Shown here one piece after another: positions 1-8,293 of a stretch of DNA of 61,892 nucleotides. Under the pieces are notes generated by a model. That model did no database searches. It worked only from the letters and a program-made list of their open reading frames with translations, and was not told the origin of the DNA. Numbering within the stretch: the first letter of the stretch is position 1; every line of letters starts with the position of its first letter. Source of the DNA: a virus (taxonomy: Duplodnaviria > Caudoviricetes); the IMG/VR virus record IMGVR_UViG_3300037961_003161, positions 1 through 61,892 of that record; one strand, written 5' to 3'. Made by a program: the position numbers and the translations under genes.

Positions 1-151
1 GCTCAACAACAACTGGGCCTTGATTACCAAACTGATCAGGCTCATCATTGAGCGTAATAGTTATTGGTAAATACTTACCTTTCTTACCGACATAGATCTT
101 GTCTTTCGGTATATCGTTGAGGTTGATACTCGTTTTAATAATACTTGCCAT
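1..151 (-). CDS. Putative single-stranded DNA-binding protein, N-terminal part (runs off window)
   Basis: Manual translation MASIIKTSINLNDIPKDKIYVGKKGKYLPITITLNDEPDQFGNQGPVVVE; follows ERF/exonuclease. Confidence 0.55.
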   Translation of the reverse strand, partial: MASIIKTSINLNDIPKDKIYVGKKGKYLPITITLNDEPDQFGNQGPVVVE

Positions 152-319
152 TTAGTAATTATTTATTTGGTGAAACATACGCTGCATCTGTGATTTAGTA
201 GCGCCACTTGATCTACGCAGATTATCTACAGCTTTTACGTGGCTTTGATTTTTGTAAAAATTAGTTTCTGATGTTTTAATTCCTGAAACATCACAAATTC
301 TAGTTTTAGTTCTAGGCAT
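152..319 (-). CDS. Hypothetical 55-aa protein
   Basis: Manual translation MPRTKTRICDVSGIK...HQINNY; stop abuts the next ATG. Confidence 0.7.
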   Translation of the reverse strand: MPRTKTRICDVSGIKTSETNFYKNQSHVKAVDNLRRSSGATKSQMQRMFHQINNY

Positions 320-323
320 TGGT

Positions 324-1055
324 TTAAAGGGTTTTAGTTAATAAATGTTGCTTGTGATCAAAATTATCTGTTTGATAGAACAACTCGTATGCGTCACAAG
401 CTCTACGCACTTTGTCTTCGCCTTTTGCATAAAAATCAGGCGAACAATCAAACAAACCTATTTGATGTGTTTCTTTGTCAATAACAATGAATAACATCTC
501 GTAGCCAAATAGAGTGCTATAAATAAAGGCTTGACTGTCATAATTAAACTTATTAGCTGACCATTGAAAACGATCTATATCGCTAGTAGTTTTAAGGTCA
601 ATAACTAATTTTTCTTCATGATTAATTACATCAGCTTTACCTTTCCACATTTGACCGTGGATTTTTGCCACACGTGGCTCTTCGTACTCAACTTCATTAA
701 GTACAGGTTTAATTAAGTCTCTGCAAACATCGTTTTCTAATATAGCTTCTGTCATTAGTTGGATTTTGTCGACCTCATGTTGTAGCAAGCAGATCTCTCC
801 GTTTGATATTTCTTTGTAAGCTTTAGTATTACGTGTTGTAGCTTCTACTATTTTAAACCTATTGAGCTTATCAGGCTCAAGTATTGCAGTATGAAAATAT
901 CCACCAACTAAGAGTGCCGGGCTGCTAGGCTTAGGTTTGTGCAGATCTTTAGGATTTTTTAACAAAGTTGATATGTCAGAGTTGCTAAGGAACTGTTTGC
1001 CAAAGTCGCCATAGTAATGCTCGTCATCTCTTAGTTTTTCGTAGATTTCTTTCAT
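324..1055 (-). CDS. PD-(D/E)xK exonuclease (RecE/ExoVIII, DUF3799-like)
   Basis: LSNSDI, G.YFH.AILEP, KGKAD..., IDLKTT, Y..Q...Y motifs; adjacent to ERF. Confidence 0.85.
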   Translation of the reverse strand: MKEIYEKLRDDEHYYGDFGKQFLSNSDISTLLKNPKDLHKPKPSSPALLVGGYFHTAILEPDKLNRFKIVEATTRNTKAYKEISNGEICLLQHEVDKIQLMTEAILENDVCRDLIKPVLNEVEYEEPRVAKIHGQMWKGKADVINHEEKLVIDLKTTSDIDRFQWSANKFNYDSQAFIYSTLFGYEMLFIVIDKETHQIGLFDCSPDFYAKGEDKVRRACDAYELFYQTDNFDHKQHLLTKTL

Positions 1056-1597
1056 TATGCTAATTGTTTAATTTGAGCGTCAGTTAATGTATACTTCTTT
1101 TTTATAGCTTCAACTGATCCGCCACCTTTTACAAACTCAATAGCTTTAGTCATTTGCTCTTTAGTTATTTTAGCTTTAGGCTTTGTTGTAACTTGAGCTG
1201 CTTTGCCATGATTGTTTGTAGCGTCAGCGTCTTCAGTATCATCAATTAAGAATAAATTACCAAGCGCATATTTTTTAGCGTATGTAGATGCTGCACCAAA
1301 CTGTTGGGCAGTCTGCATACCTTTTTGCTGCATATCAACGCCGACTACTGCTGTAGCGTGTATAGCATTTTTGCCATCGCTAATCGTAGCGGTTGATTTA
1401 ATCATTGGAACTGGATCTGTAGCGATTAGTTCTTCTGATACTGTTACATAAATATTGTGTTGTAATAAGAAAGGCTTTACACCTTCGAGAATGTCTTCAG
1501 CTTTACGGAAGTAATACTTACCAAAGCTATTATATGAAGACTTTTTTGCTTTTAACTTAGTCTGAACATCAGCTAATTTTTTAGTTAAATCTGTCAT
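1055..1597 (-). CDS. erf: ERF-family single-strand annealing recombinase
   Basis: K..YN.FGKY.FR.AEDI and Q.FGAASTYAKKYAL.NLF.IDD..DAD signatures. Confidence 0.88.
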   Translation of the reverse strand: MTDLTKKLADVQTKLKAKKSSYNSFGKYYFRKAEDILEGVKPFLLQHNIYVTVSEELIATDPVPMIKSTATISDGKNAIHATAVVGVDMQQKGMQTAQQFGAASTYAKKYALGNLFLIDDTEDADATNNHGKAAQVTTKPKAKITKEQMTKAIEFVKGGGSVEAIKKKYTLTDAQIKQLA

Positions 1598-1619
1598 TGG
1601 TATATTGGTTTAGGTTATA

Positions 1620-1630
1620 TATATAATTAC
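1620..1630 (-). promoter_or_regulatory. Putative middle/late promoter box GTAATTATATA
   Basis: Matches boxes at 10641, 13093, 27830, 40581; intergenic, upstream of erf. Confidence 0.55.
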
Positions 1631-1658
1631 GTATATTAAATAATTTTTAACGAGTAAC

Positions 1659-2408
1659 TTACAGATAATCAACCACTTGCGAGTGTTTTACATTAGCTTT
1701 TAGCTTGTCAACAGCTTGCTTTTTTAACTGAGAAACTCTAACATAAGAGCTAATACCACCTATGTTTAAATACTTAGCTATTTGCTTAGCTGATTGTTTA
1801 TTACAGCCAAGTCCATAACTTAGTCTTATTACATGATACTCTTTGTCAGTTAAATATTTTAACATTAAAGTGTTTAACTGTTGAAATAATATTTCTTTCT
1901 TCATAGGATTTTCGCTTTCGTCTTCATATTGTGGTAGCATATCATCTTCAACTTCTTGATCTATACTTTGAAACATTGAGTTGTAAAACATAGCTTGCTT
2001 TTCAGGATCATCTTCAAAGCCTTTACGTATGTCATTTAACTTATGCTCAGGTATACGCATTGGTGATCTATTAGCATCAGTACCACGACGTATTGCACCG
2101 CGTACGCGTTTAGCTAAATAAGATTTTATAGTCTTTTCAGGATCGCTAGATTCTAGTATTTGTTTCCACTGTATTTTGTCAACAGCTTGTATTAAACCTA
2201 TTTTACCCATGCTCATTAAATCTTGTATATTCATTATTCCTGACGCTGAATCAGATGTAGAAAATTTACGAGCTATGTTTTCTACTAATGGTAGAAATTT
2301 TATTATTAGCTCGTCTCTAGTATACTCGTCCCAAAACTTACCTTCTGGTTGTGACGCTTTAATATCATCTTTATATCTTTTATAATTATAGTTATTATAG
2401 TTTTTCAT
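1659..2408 (-). CDS. Phage sigma70-family RNA polymerase sigma factor
   Basis: Region 2 (LPLVENIARKF...DLMSMGKIGLIQAVDK), region 3 (MRIPEH), region 4 (LTDKEYHVIRLSYGL...IAKYL...RVSQLKKQAVDKLK). Confidence 0.9.
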   Translation of the reverse strand: MKNYNNYNYKRYKDDIKASQPEGKFWDEYTRDELIIKFLPLVENIARKFSTSDSASGIMNIQDLMSMGKIGLIQAVDKIQWKQILESSDPEKTIKSYLAKRVRGAIRRGTDANRSPMRIPEHKLNDIRKGFEDDPEKQAMFYNSMFQSIDQEVEDDMLPQYEDESENPMKKEILFQQLNTLMLKYLTDKEYHVIRLSYGLGCNKQSAKQIAKYLNIGGISSYVRVSQLKKQAVDKLKANVKHSQVVDYL

Positions 2409-3025
2409 AATTGTTGATTGAGTAATTCTTTTTCTTTTTTAAGATCGTTGCACATGTGTCTATGTATTGTGCGACTAGATACGTTCAGAAGCTCAGAGAG
2501 TTTGCGTATCGTTATCTTTTGTTTATTATCATGTATATCAACCATAACAGCATATATGTCGTCAGAACAAACCCTAGGGCTCTGACCTACTAGCTGACCT
2601 ACAATAGATAATTTCATTTCTTTTGTTAACCCACTAAACGGTTTAAATATAACTTTGCGTAGTTTATTTTTAGGTGGACGATCAAGATCAGACATACTAA
2701 CTGCATATATGACTTTTTCTAGCAAACGATCTGATACGTTAAAACTTACAAAGCCATTTGGCTTGTGTACTATATATTCTGCTAGTTGTACAAAGTCATC
2801 TTGATCAAGACTAGGATTTAGATACCATAATACAAGTAAATGCCATTTAAGAGATTTATACGTAGTAATTTTTGCAGACGATCTAAATAACTCATAACAT
2901 TGATGAGTGCCGTTTTCAAAGTACATAAACTCTTTAGTGTCGATGTCAGGTTTATCTGTAGTAGGTAAACGCCTATATATCAACCGCTTATTATTTAGGT
3001 ATGTTAGGTTTCTTTCGTGTGACAT
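2405..3025 (-). CDS. DNA-binding protein with C-terminal helix-turn-helix
   Basis: ITIRKLSELLNVSSRTIHRHM HTH; start codon lies inside a dyad element. Confidence 0.7.
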   Translation of the reverse strand: MSHERNLTYLNNKRLIYRRLPTTDKPDIDTKEFMYFENGTHQCYELFRSSAKITTYKSLKWHLLVLWYLNPSLDQDDFVQLAEYIVHKPNGFVSFNVSDRLLEKVIYAVSMSDLDRPPKNKLRKVIFKPFSGLTKEMKLSIVGQLVGQSPRVCSDDIYAVMVDIHDNKQKITIRKLSELLNVSSRTIHRHMCNDLKKEKELLNQQL

Positions 3026-3063
3026 TAGCCTGTTATTATTTATATATTAGGGGCTGTTGTCAC
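3019..3063. repeat. Dyad element copy 1, GTGACA-N33-TGTCAC
   Basis: GTGACATTAGCC...GGCTGTTGTCAC with AT-rich core; homologous to 9845 and 10572. Confidence 0.8.
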
Positions 3064-3097
3064 AGTCCCCTCTGGTTCCAATGTAGTTAATAAATGC

Positions 3098-3583
3098 TTA
3101 ATACGTTTCTTTAGGTCGTTGCTCATATAATTTTTCGGTTTTTAGGTTTGCAATATCTTTTTTACCATGTATATAATAATTCCAATAAGCTTGTATGCTA
3201 CAATCATCTTTATATTCATCTGGCATACACTGTGGCATCTTTGTTAGACCTGTTTCTAATATACCACCTGGTAGTTTAGATAATGGATCTTCACATTTAA
3301 TTATAGTTAAATGCTTTTTACCATAACGTTTTTCATACTCTCTACCTAACTCCATCATGTGATAGTACAGCCACGCGTAGTTCTCGCCTGATTGCCTAGC
3401 CCATATACTAGACGGATGGTTTCTGTGTGCAGGTTTGTATGGTACGTCAGCATCGGCACCCATAATACAGTGGTGTGCAGTGCATAACATTTGAGCAGAC
3501 TCAAGTATCATCTTAACCACATGCTTATTGTATTGGTATCTAGCGGCTTGCTCTGGATTTTGGTGTAGATAAAATATATTCAT
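3098..3583 (-). CDS. Pyrimidine-dimer DNA glycosylase/endonuclease V-like protein
   Basis: MNIFYL...KHVVKMILESAQMLCTAH...YKPAH.NHP..IW.R.S..NY.W...EY..RYGK.H. Confidence 0.8.
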   Translation of the reverse strand: MNIFYLHQNPEQAARYQYNKHVVKMILESAQMLCTAHHCIMGADADVPYKPAHRNHPSSIWARQSGENYAWLYYHMMELGREYEKRYGKKHLTIIKCEDPLSKLPGGILETGLTKMPQCMPDEYKDDCSIQAYWNYYIHGKKDIANLKTEKLYEQRPKETY

Positions 3584-3846
3584 TATTCGTAACCTCCAAC
3601 AATTTTTTCAAGTCTGTCTATATGTTTTTTAAGAATAGCACATTTTTCGTATTCTTCACGATCTTGATACAAAGCTGATAGTGTCATTAGCCTAGCTAAC
3701 TCACCAACAGCGTGATCTTCTTCGCGATCAGCATAATAAACAGCTTGATCTCTTTCTTTTTCTAATCCATATATACGTTTTACCATTTGCTCTGCTAAAC
3801 CGTCTATAAGCATTTTCATTTGTTCTTCTGTCATATTCTTTTTCAT
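3583..3846 (-). CDS. Hypothetical protein with C-terminal UVR-like motif
   Basis: EEYEKCAILKKHI resembles the UvrB/C coiled motif. Confidence 0.6.
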   Translation of the reverse strand: MKKNMTEEQMKMLIDGLAEQMVKRIYGLEKERDQAVYYADREEDHAVGELARLMTLSALYQDREEYEKCAILKKHIDRLEKIVGGYE

Positions 3847-4190
3847 TAGTTGTACTTATCTATAAGATTACTTGGTCTTCCAACGAATATACATTCGCCA
3901 GTTTGGTCTTGAAAAGGTTTTACTTTAAATATACTTATAAATGTTTCCTTCATAGGATGCTGCCATATATAATATATATATTCTAAGTCATCGTGTCTAG
4001 TGTTTAATTCTTCTATTTCCCAGTCTTTAATTTTTTTGTATCTAGTAAATGACTCAGCTATTTCTACACCTAAACTTTCTGGATAACCGTCGAAGTGTAC
4101 ATAAAACTGTGCGTTAACAACTTTTGGGTGTGTGGCAAATGATTGCCCTGATTCGCGTGTAGCAAATCTAACTTGCGCTCTCGTACTCAT
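3846..4190 (-). CDS. Conserved phage hypothetical protein
   Basis: MSTRA...YVHFDGYPESLG...EYIY motif pattern typical of phage early genes. Confidence 0.7.
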   Translation of the reverse strand: MSTRAQVRFATRESGQSFATHPKVVNAQFYVHFDGYPESLGVEIAESFTRYKKIKDWEIEELNTRHDDLEYIYYIWQHPMKETFISIFKVKPFQDQTGECIFVGRPSNLIDKYN

Positions 4191-4437
4191 AATATTTGTT
4201 TATTAGTTTATTAATAATTTCTCTTCCATTTGCTGTATGAAAACCATAGCTGTGCGTGTGTAACGCATCTATAGGTTTGTTTTCTAAAAGCAACTGCATA
4301 ACTCTAAAAGAATCAAACTCTAGCTCACGAGATATATCGTTAATAGCTTTAGCTAATGATTCACAGTTATGTCTTGGTTCGCTGTTTAAATCGTCCTGAA
4401 TGTATTCAAAAACGTCCATTGATCCTAACTCTATCAT
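4168..4437 (-). CDS. Hypothetical protein
   Basis: ORF in tightly packed early operon. Confidence 0.65.
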   Translation of the reverse strand: MIELGSMDVFEYIQDDLNSEPRHNCESLAKAINDISRELEFDSFRVMQLLLENKPIDALHTHSYGFHTANGREIINKLINKYYEYESAS

Positions 4438-4439
4438 AG

Positions 4440-4691
4440 TTAATCTAATAATACGTAATACGCCTCTGGGTTATTTTTTCTGAACCATGTAAGACCTTTA
4501 CGCATGTCATCAACTGTCTTTGGCGCATACATACCCATTTCCATAAGTTGATTAGCGCCCATGATAAAGTCATACATACTTAGCTCTTCAGCTGTAAGCT
4601 CGTAGCTTTGTCCGCTAAACGGGTTTGTAACCTCGCCGCCTTCGTTATATAGTTCTCCATTGAACCATTTTGGTAATTCTACTTTTGTCAT
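4440..4691 (-). CDS. Hypothetical protein
   Basis: ORF in packed operon; NPFSGQSYELT...NPEAYYVLLD. Confidence 0.7.
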   Translation of the reverse strand: MTKVELPKWFNGELYNEGGEVTNPFSGQSYELTAEELSMYDFIMGANQLMEMGMYAPKTVDDMRKGLTWFRKNNPEAYYVLLD

Positions 4692-4701
4692 AATTTTAAT
4701 T

Positions 4702-5307
4702 TTAGTGAAATATTAGTCCTACTTTATTTGTTTTATTAAACCACTTTGTGGCCATTAAGTCAATATTAGAAGCATCAGTGTAACCAGCAGATATAAGCTC
4801 GTTATGGCTATGAAATATTCTGGTGTGTCTATCTTTATCTTCATTTATTAAATGTTTTTGTTTACCTGAATCGCTAAATATAACGTCGTAGTTAGCTGGC
4901 AGTGTCACACTTTTTAGCATTTCTACACAGTTAGTATAGCTGTAAAACCGTACGCTTGGGTTGTGTATAGCAACGGCAAGCCACTTGTCGAGATAAGCTC
5001 GAGAATAGTAGTCGCCGCTGTCATGAACCCTTACGTAATCAGGTTTCTTTTTAGCTATTTCGTGATTCATTTTATTAACAAAGTCATCTGTTTTACTGAG
5101 TTGGTATCGCTTCTCGAACGCTGGTTGTACATTTGACCATATATAAGCACCTTTTTTAGCGTAACAAAACTTGACGCACGCATCAGCAAACGGGCATGTC
5201 AACTTACCCGATGCTGATTTGTACGCCGGAATACCAAAATTAAATACTCGTAAACCTAGCGACTTGCTAGTCTTTTTTAACTTGGAGTTCTGTGTTAATA
5301 AATTCAT
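4702..5307 (-). CDS. GP88-like radical-SAM-related protein
   Basis: N-terminal NSKL.K, TCPFADACVKFCYA Cys cluster, VRVHDSGDYY, FYSYT. Confidence 0.75.
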   Translation of the reverse strand: MNLLTQNSKLKKTSKSLGLRVFNFGIPAYKSASGKLTCPFADACVKFCYAKKGAYIWSNVQPAFEKRYQLSKTDDFVNKMNHEIAKKKPDYVRVHDSGDYYSRAYLDKWLAVAIHNPSVRFYSYTNCVEMLKSVTLPANYDVIFSDSGKQKHLINEDKDRHTRIFHSHNELISAGYTDASNIDLMATKWFNKTNKVGLIFH

Positions 5308-5540
5308 TTTTCTTCTATTAAGAATTTAGTGCCAAACGCCCAGTCTTCAAACTTAAGAGTATGCAAAGGCGTGTCTGTAAAAGATACAAAGTCTCTGACT
5401 TGAGACACTGTTAAGCGTGACCATAGTTCATTATAGTATAATGACTTTTTAATAGACTCAATAGTAGCGGGATAGTCTTTTGCGTTATTTTCTAGTTTGT
5501 CTCTGTATTCTGGTTTTATACTGTTATACAATGTCTTCAT
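5304..5540 (-). CDS. Hypothetical protein
   Basis: ORF with ATGA overlap to next gene. Confidence 0.65.
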   Translation of the reverse strand: MKTLYNSIKPEYRDKLENNAKDYPATIESIKKSLYYNELWSRLTVSQVRDFVSFTDTPLHTLKFEDWAFGTKFLIEEK

Positions 5541-5541
5541 A

Positions 5542-5922
5542 TTAGTCTTGGTTTAATTGGTTATTATCTTCATCTGGACACTCAGCTTCAGCAAACAACT
5601 CTTCAACAACGTTGTATATTTCTTGGCCTAAGTCGTACGCATTGTCAAAACTAAAGGACTCAATAGCTATTCTGTTATCGTAGTCGATATGAAAGTCGTA
5701 GCTGTAGTTGTCAGTATCATCAAAATCAAACTGACCTACACCTTCTTCAATAGCATCACGTAGCTCATCGAACTGTAACGGCGTAAGCTTTGGCTTGTTT
5801 AAGTCTGCTAGTTGTTTTTTAAGTGTATCGATTTGACCTCGATACGCGTTTTGCTCTTGTGTTTTAGTGTCAAGAGCTGCTTGCAAAGCTTCTATCTTTG
5901 CTTCTAATTCTGTTTTAGTCAT
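5542..5922 (-). CDS. Hypothetical protein, coiled-coil N-terminus and acidic C-terminus
   Basis: ORF directly downstream of an early promoter. Confidence 0.7.
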   Translation of the reverse strand: MTKTELEAKIEALQAALDTKTQEQNAYRGQIDTLKKQLADLNKPKLTPLQFDELRDAIEEGVGQFDFDDTDNYSYDFHIDYDNRIAIESFSFDNAYDLGQEIYNVVEELFAEAECPDEDNNQLNQD

Positions 5923-5946
5923 AATGGTTTAATTTAATTTGGTTTA

Positions 5947-5981
5947 TAATAATATCTATTAGTAATTGTTTTTAATTCGTG
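5947..5981 (-). promoter_or_regulatory. Early promoter copy (CACGAA-N18-AGATATTA)
   Basis: Bipartite motif with 18-nt spacer shared by 7 sites. Confidence 0.7.
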
Positions 5982-6121
5982 TTGGCGTAAAACGTTGCGT
6001 ACACCTTAGCACCTTTAACCTCTTTAATAAGTATTTGCTTATCAATAGGTTTTTGTTCTAATTTAATTTGTGCTTCTGACCTATACTTAGGATTTTTGCT
6101 GTTTAATTTTCTTTTTTTCAT
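5972..6121 (-). CDS. Hypothetical 49-aa basic protein
   Basis: Manual translation MKKRKLNSKNPKYRSEAQ...FYANTN; TAATG coupling. Confidence 0.65.
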   Translation of the reverse strand: MKKRKLNSKNPKYRSEAQIKLEQKPIDKQILIKEVKGAKVYATFYANTN

Positions 6122-6336
6122 TAGTCTTCTAAATAATGGAATTTATGTAATTGTTCTACTACATGACCGAAAGCTTCTTTGTAGTCCATGTAGAACTCAT
6201 CGCTATCATTATCGTCAAGTAGTTCATATAAAGCATCGTCTATAGTCTTTAATGCTCGTTCGTATACTTCGTCTATAACATCTTCTAGTCTAACTAGCTT
6301 ACCGTTAAATCTTGTGTCTTTGTAAAATGCGCTCAT
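6121..6336 (-). CDS. Hypothetical acidic protein
   Basis: Coupled ORF. Confidence 0.65.
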   Translation of the reverse strand: MSAFYKDTRFNGKLVRLEDVIDEVYERALKTIDDALYELLDDNDSDEFYMDYKEAFGHVVEQLHKFHYLED

Positions 6337-6842
6337 GATAAATTGTATCTATGTCCGTTAACTATTACTTGTACTTCATCGCCAAATGGTAACCTGTTAC
6401 TTGGCTGGTTGTTATAATCTCTTACGTATGCTTCACGCAAGCAGTCCATGACGTAATCACTCATTACATACGTAGTTTTTTGATAGTAGTTCTTGATAAT
6501 AAACTTAGCTAAGTATATTATACGCTCTTCCCAACTGTGAATAAGTATACGTTCTTTACCTGTCATACCTGATTCGTATACTACTGGTTTAGTTTTATTA
6601 ATTTGATAAGAACTTGATAAGCCTTCGGTAACATTACGCACATAACCTGTTTCATACGTAGCAAAACGTATAGGTTTAGGTTGTAGTGTTTGCCATACCT
6701 GGCTGATTGGTAATTCATATACTGTTGTACCGTTTTTACGTTGACGTAACGTAGAGACATTTTTGATACCTAGTATCTTAAAAATAGTCATTGCCTCGCG
6801 AGCTGATTTAATTTCTGTTGATAAGTAATCCATATTAGTCAA
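6333..6842 (-). CDS. Hypothetical protein
   Basis: 169-aa coupled ORF. Confidence 0.7.
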   Translation of the reverse strand: MTNMDYLSTEIKSAREAMTIFKILGIKNVSTLRQRKNGTTVYELPISQVWQTLQPKPIRFATYETGYVRNVTEGLSSSYQINKTKPVVYESGMTGKERILIHSWEERIIYLAKFIIKNYYQKTTYVMSDYVMDCLREAYVRDYNNQPSNRLPFGDEVQVIVNGHRYNLS

Positions 6843-7161
6843 ATATATCTAGTTTAGTTATTAATTCTTTTGTGTATTTAGCTACAAGCTTTTGTTTGTA
6901 GTTCATAGCTAATTCTAGTTCAAATTTTTTCTTCATAGCATAAGGCTCAACGTAAGACTTGTGATCACTTTTATCTTCAGGTTTTGCATTTTTATACTGA
7001 TTGTAATGAGTAATATAATCATAAAAGTTTTGACTCGTACCTACATATTTATTTATTTCTTGATAAATATCAAATATTTCTTGTGCTTTTTCTTCTAAGT
7101 AATTGTCAGCTTTACGCTGTAATTGCTTTTCTATTTCATTAGTGTCTTTCATAATATTCAA
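6835..7161 (-). CDS. Hypothetical protein
   Basis: Coupled ORF. Confidence 0.65.
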   Translation of the reverse strand: MNIMKDTNEIEKQLQRKADNYLEEKAQEIFDIYQEINKYVGTSQNFYDYITHYNQYKNAKPEDKSDHKSYVEPYAMKKKFELELAMNYKQKLVAKYTKELITKLDIFD

Positions 7162-7336
7162 TTTTATTTAAGTTAATTCTTGAGTCAGCGTGAGACATCC
7201 ACTCACAATCATCTAGTTTATGACCTTGATCTACCATAATATCTTCAAAGTCTTCTGTTTGTAGCTCTTTGTCAGTATCTATAATATACTGATATACTAA
7301 GCCGTCTTCAAAGTCTAATACTGTTAATGTATTCAT
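7139..7336 (-). CDS. Hypothetical acidic protein (start moved to MNTLT)
   Basis: AT-rich leader before ATG at 7336; the longer ORF would run into the structured RNA. Confidence 0.65.
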   Translation of the reverse strand: MNTLTVLDFEDGLVYQYIIDTDKELQTEDFEDIMVDQGHKLDDCEWMSHADSRINLNKIEYYERH

Positions 7337-7362
7337 AGTATTTAATTTAATAGTTAATAAAA

Positions 7363-7484
7363 ACGAGGTGGCCAAGTGAGTACACACAGTCAGGCTGGGG
7401 CCTCACCTGTTAGTTCCATTTTACCGTGCAAGATGACTACCAGCGAACACTGACTTGTCTACACGTCTCACGCGCCACTCTCGT
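7363..7484 (-). ncRNA. Putative rod-shaped structured RNA (~120 nt)
   Basis: Nested pairings ACGAG/CTCGT, GTGGC/GCCAC, GTGAG/CTCAC, AGTCAG/CTGACT, GCTGG/CCAGC in a GC-rich intergenic gap; strand inferred from context. Confidence 0.55.
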
Positions 7485-7493
7485 ATGCTATTG

Positions 7494-7652
7494 TGCCCAA
7501 GGGTGGAGTCGAACCACCAATTATCCACGTTGCTCTGCACACGCAACAAGGCTCTATTTTTGTTCTGTTCCAAAGAGGTCCACTAAATCGCTCTATCCCC
7601 CTGAAGAACTTCCCACATTACCATAGATTTACTGTTCACCTTGTACTTGGGC
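7494..7652 (-). ncRNA. tRNA-like RNA (159 nt) with ~85-nt insertion at the D-loop position
   Basis: Acceptor GCCCAAG/CTTGGGC+A, U8-A9, perfect T arm GGTGG-TTCGACT-CCACC, CAAGG/CCTTG stem, GTTGC/GCAAC hairpin. Confidence 0.7.
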
Positions 7653-7658
7653 TATATT

Positions 7659-7874
7659 TTATCTAAGACATGTACCGTAACCTTTACGTCTACTTGCCTT
7701 GTAAATAGCTGCAGATACTGACTGCGACACTATTTGTATTGTGTTACCTGTCTTGTGGTTAGTAATCGGAGCTGATGCTACACGCTCTACACCACTACAG
7801 CTTACACACGTTTTGTACCCGTATTTTTGTCTTACTGGGTGTACGGGCTCACCACATCTACAATAATTTGCCAT
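7659..7874 (-). CDS. DksA/TraR-like C4 zinc-finger protein
   Basis: CRCGEPVHPVR...KTCVSC. Confidence 0.55.
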   Translation of the reverse strand: MANYCRCGEPVHPVRQKYGYKTCVSCSGVERVASAPITNHKTGNTIQIVSQSVSAAIYKASRRKGYGTCLR

Positions 7875-7894
7875 AGTTAATAAGCTTTTGTCAT

Positions 7895-7929
7895 ATATAA
7901 TATCTGACGGTGGTCGTTTTTTATTTGTG
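7895..7929 (-). promoter_or_regulatory. Early promoter copy (CACAAA-N18-AGATATTATA)
   Basis: Bipartite motif, 18-nt spacer. Confidence 0.8.
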
Positions 7930-7988
7930 ATGGTGCCACCACTCGAAAAACATGTATAGCAAAACTGCTACAAATATTAGTATAGTAG

Positions 7989-8063
7989 TTAGCACTCGTC
8001 TTGTCTTTTTATAGCGCAGAATAAATACCATACGCTAGTTAATACTAAAGCCCACTCAAACAT
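7989..8063 (-). CDS. 24-aa hydrophobic microprotein
   Basis: MFEWALVLTSVWYLFCAIKRQDEC; TAATG coupling to the upstream ORF. Confidence 0.45.
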   Translation of the reverse strand: MFEWALVLTSVWYLFCAIKRQDEC

Positions 8064-8173
8064 TATCTAAATAAGTTAATTGCTATTAGTGATATAATAC
8101 ATAAGAACCCTAAGTACATTACTATATGTTCTACAACTTCAAAGAAGTCTGGTTTGTTACGGTATGCTTTCAT
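8063..8173 (-). CDS. 36-aa single-pass membrane microprotein
   Basis: MKAYRNKPDFFEVVEHIVMYLGFLCIISLIAINLFR. Confidence 0.5.
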   Translation of the reverse strand: MKAYRNKPDFFEVVEHIVMYLGFLCIISLIAINLFR

Positions 8174-8177
8174 AATA

Positions 8178-8291
8178 TTATTTTAAAGTCATGGTTAATA
8201 ATTCAAACTCATCTCTAGTAATTAAACCTTCTAGCAAAGCTATATAGTATTTAGTTACGTTTCTACCTGTTATTTTGTTAGTTACAATCAT
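8178..8291 (-). CDS. 37-aa hypothetical protein
   Basis: MIVTNKITGRNVTKYYIALLEGLITRDEFELLTMTLK; fills the gap exactly. Confidence 0.55.
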   Translation of the reverse strand: MIVTNKITGRNVTKYYIALLEGLITRDEFELLTMTLK

Positions 8292-8293
8292 AG

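Noticed and set aside
7426-7626. 66-aa plus-strand ORF
   Set aside because: Antisense to the operon, GTG start, overlaps the structured RNAs
7494-7652. Canonical tRNA or tmRNA
   Set aside because: No normal D arm or U33 anticodon loop; 159 nt; lacks the G3-U70 alanine identity pair and tmRNA length
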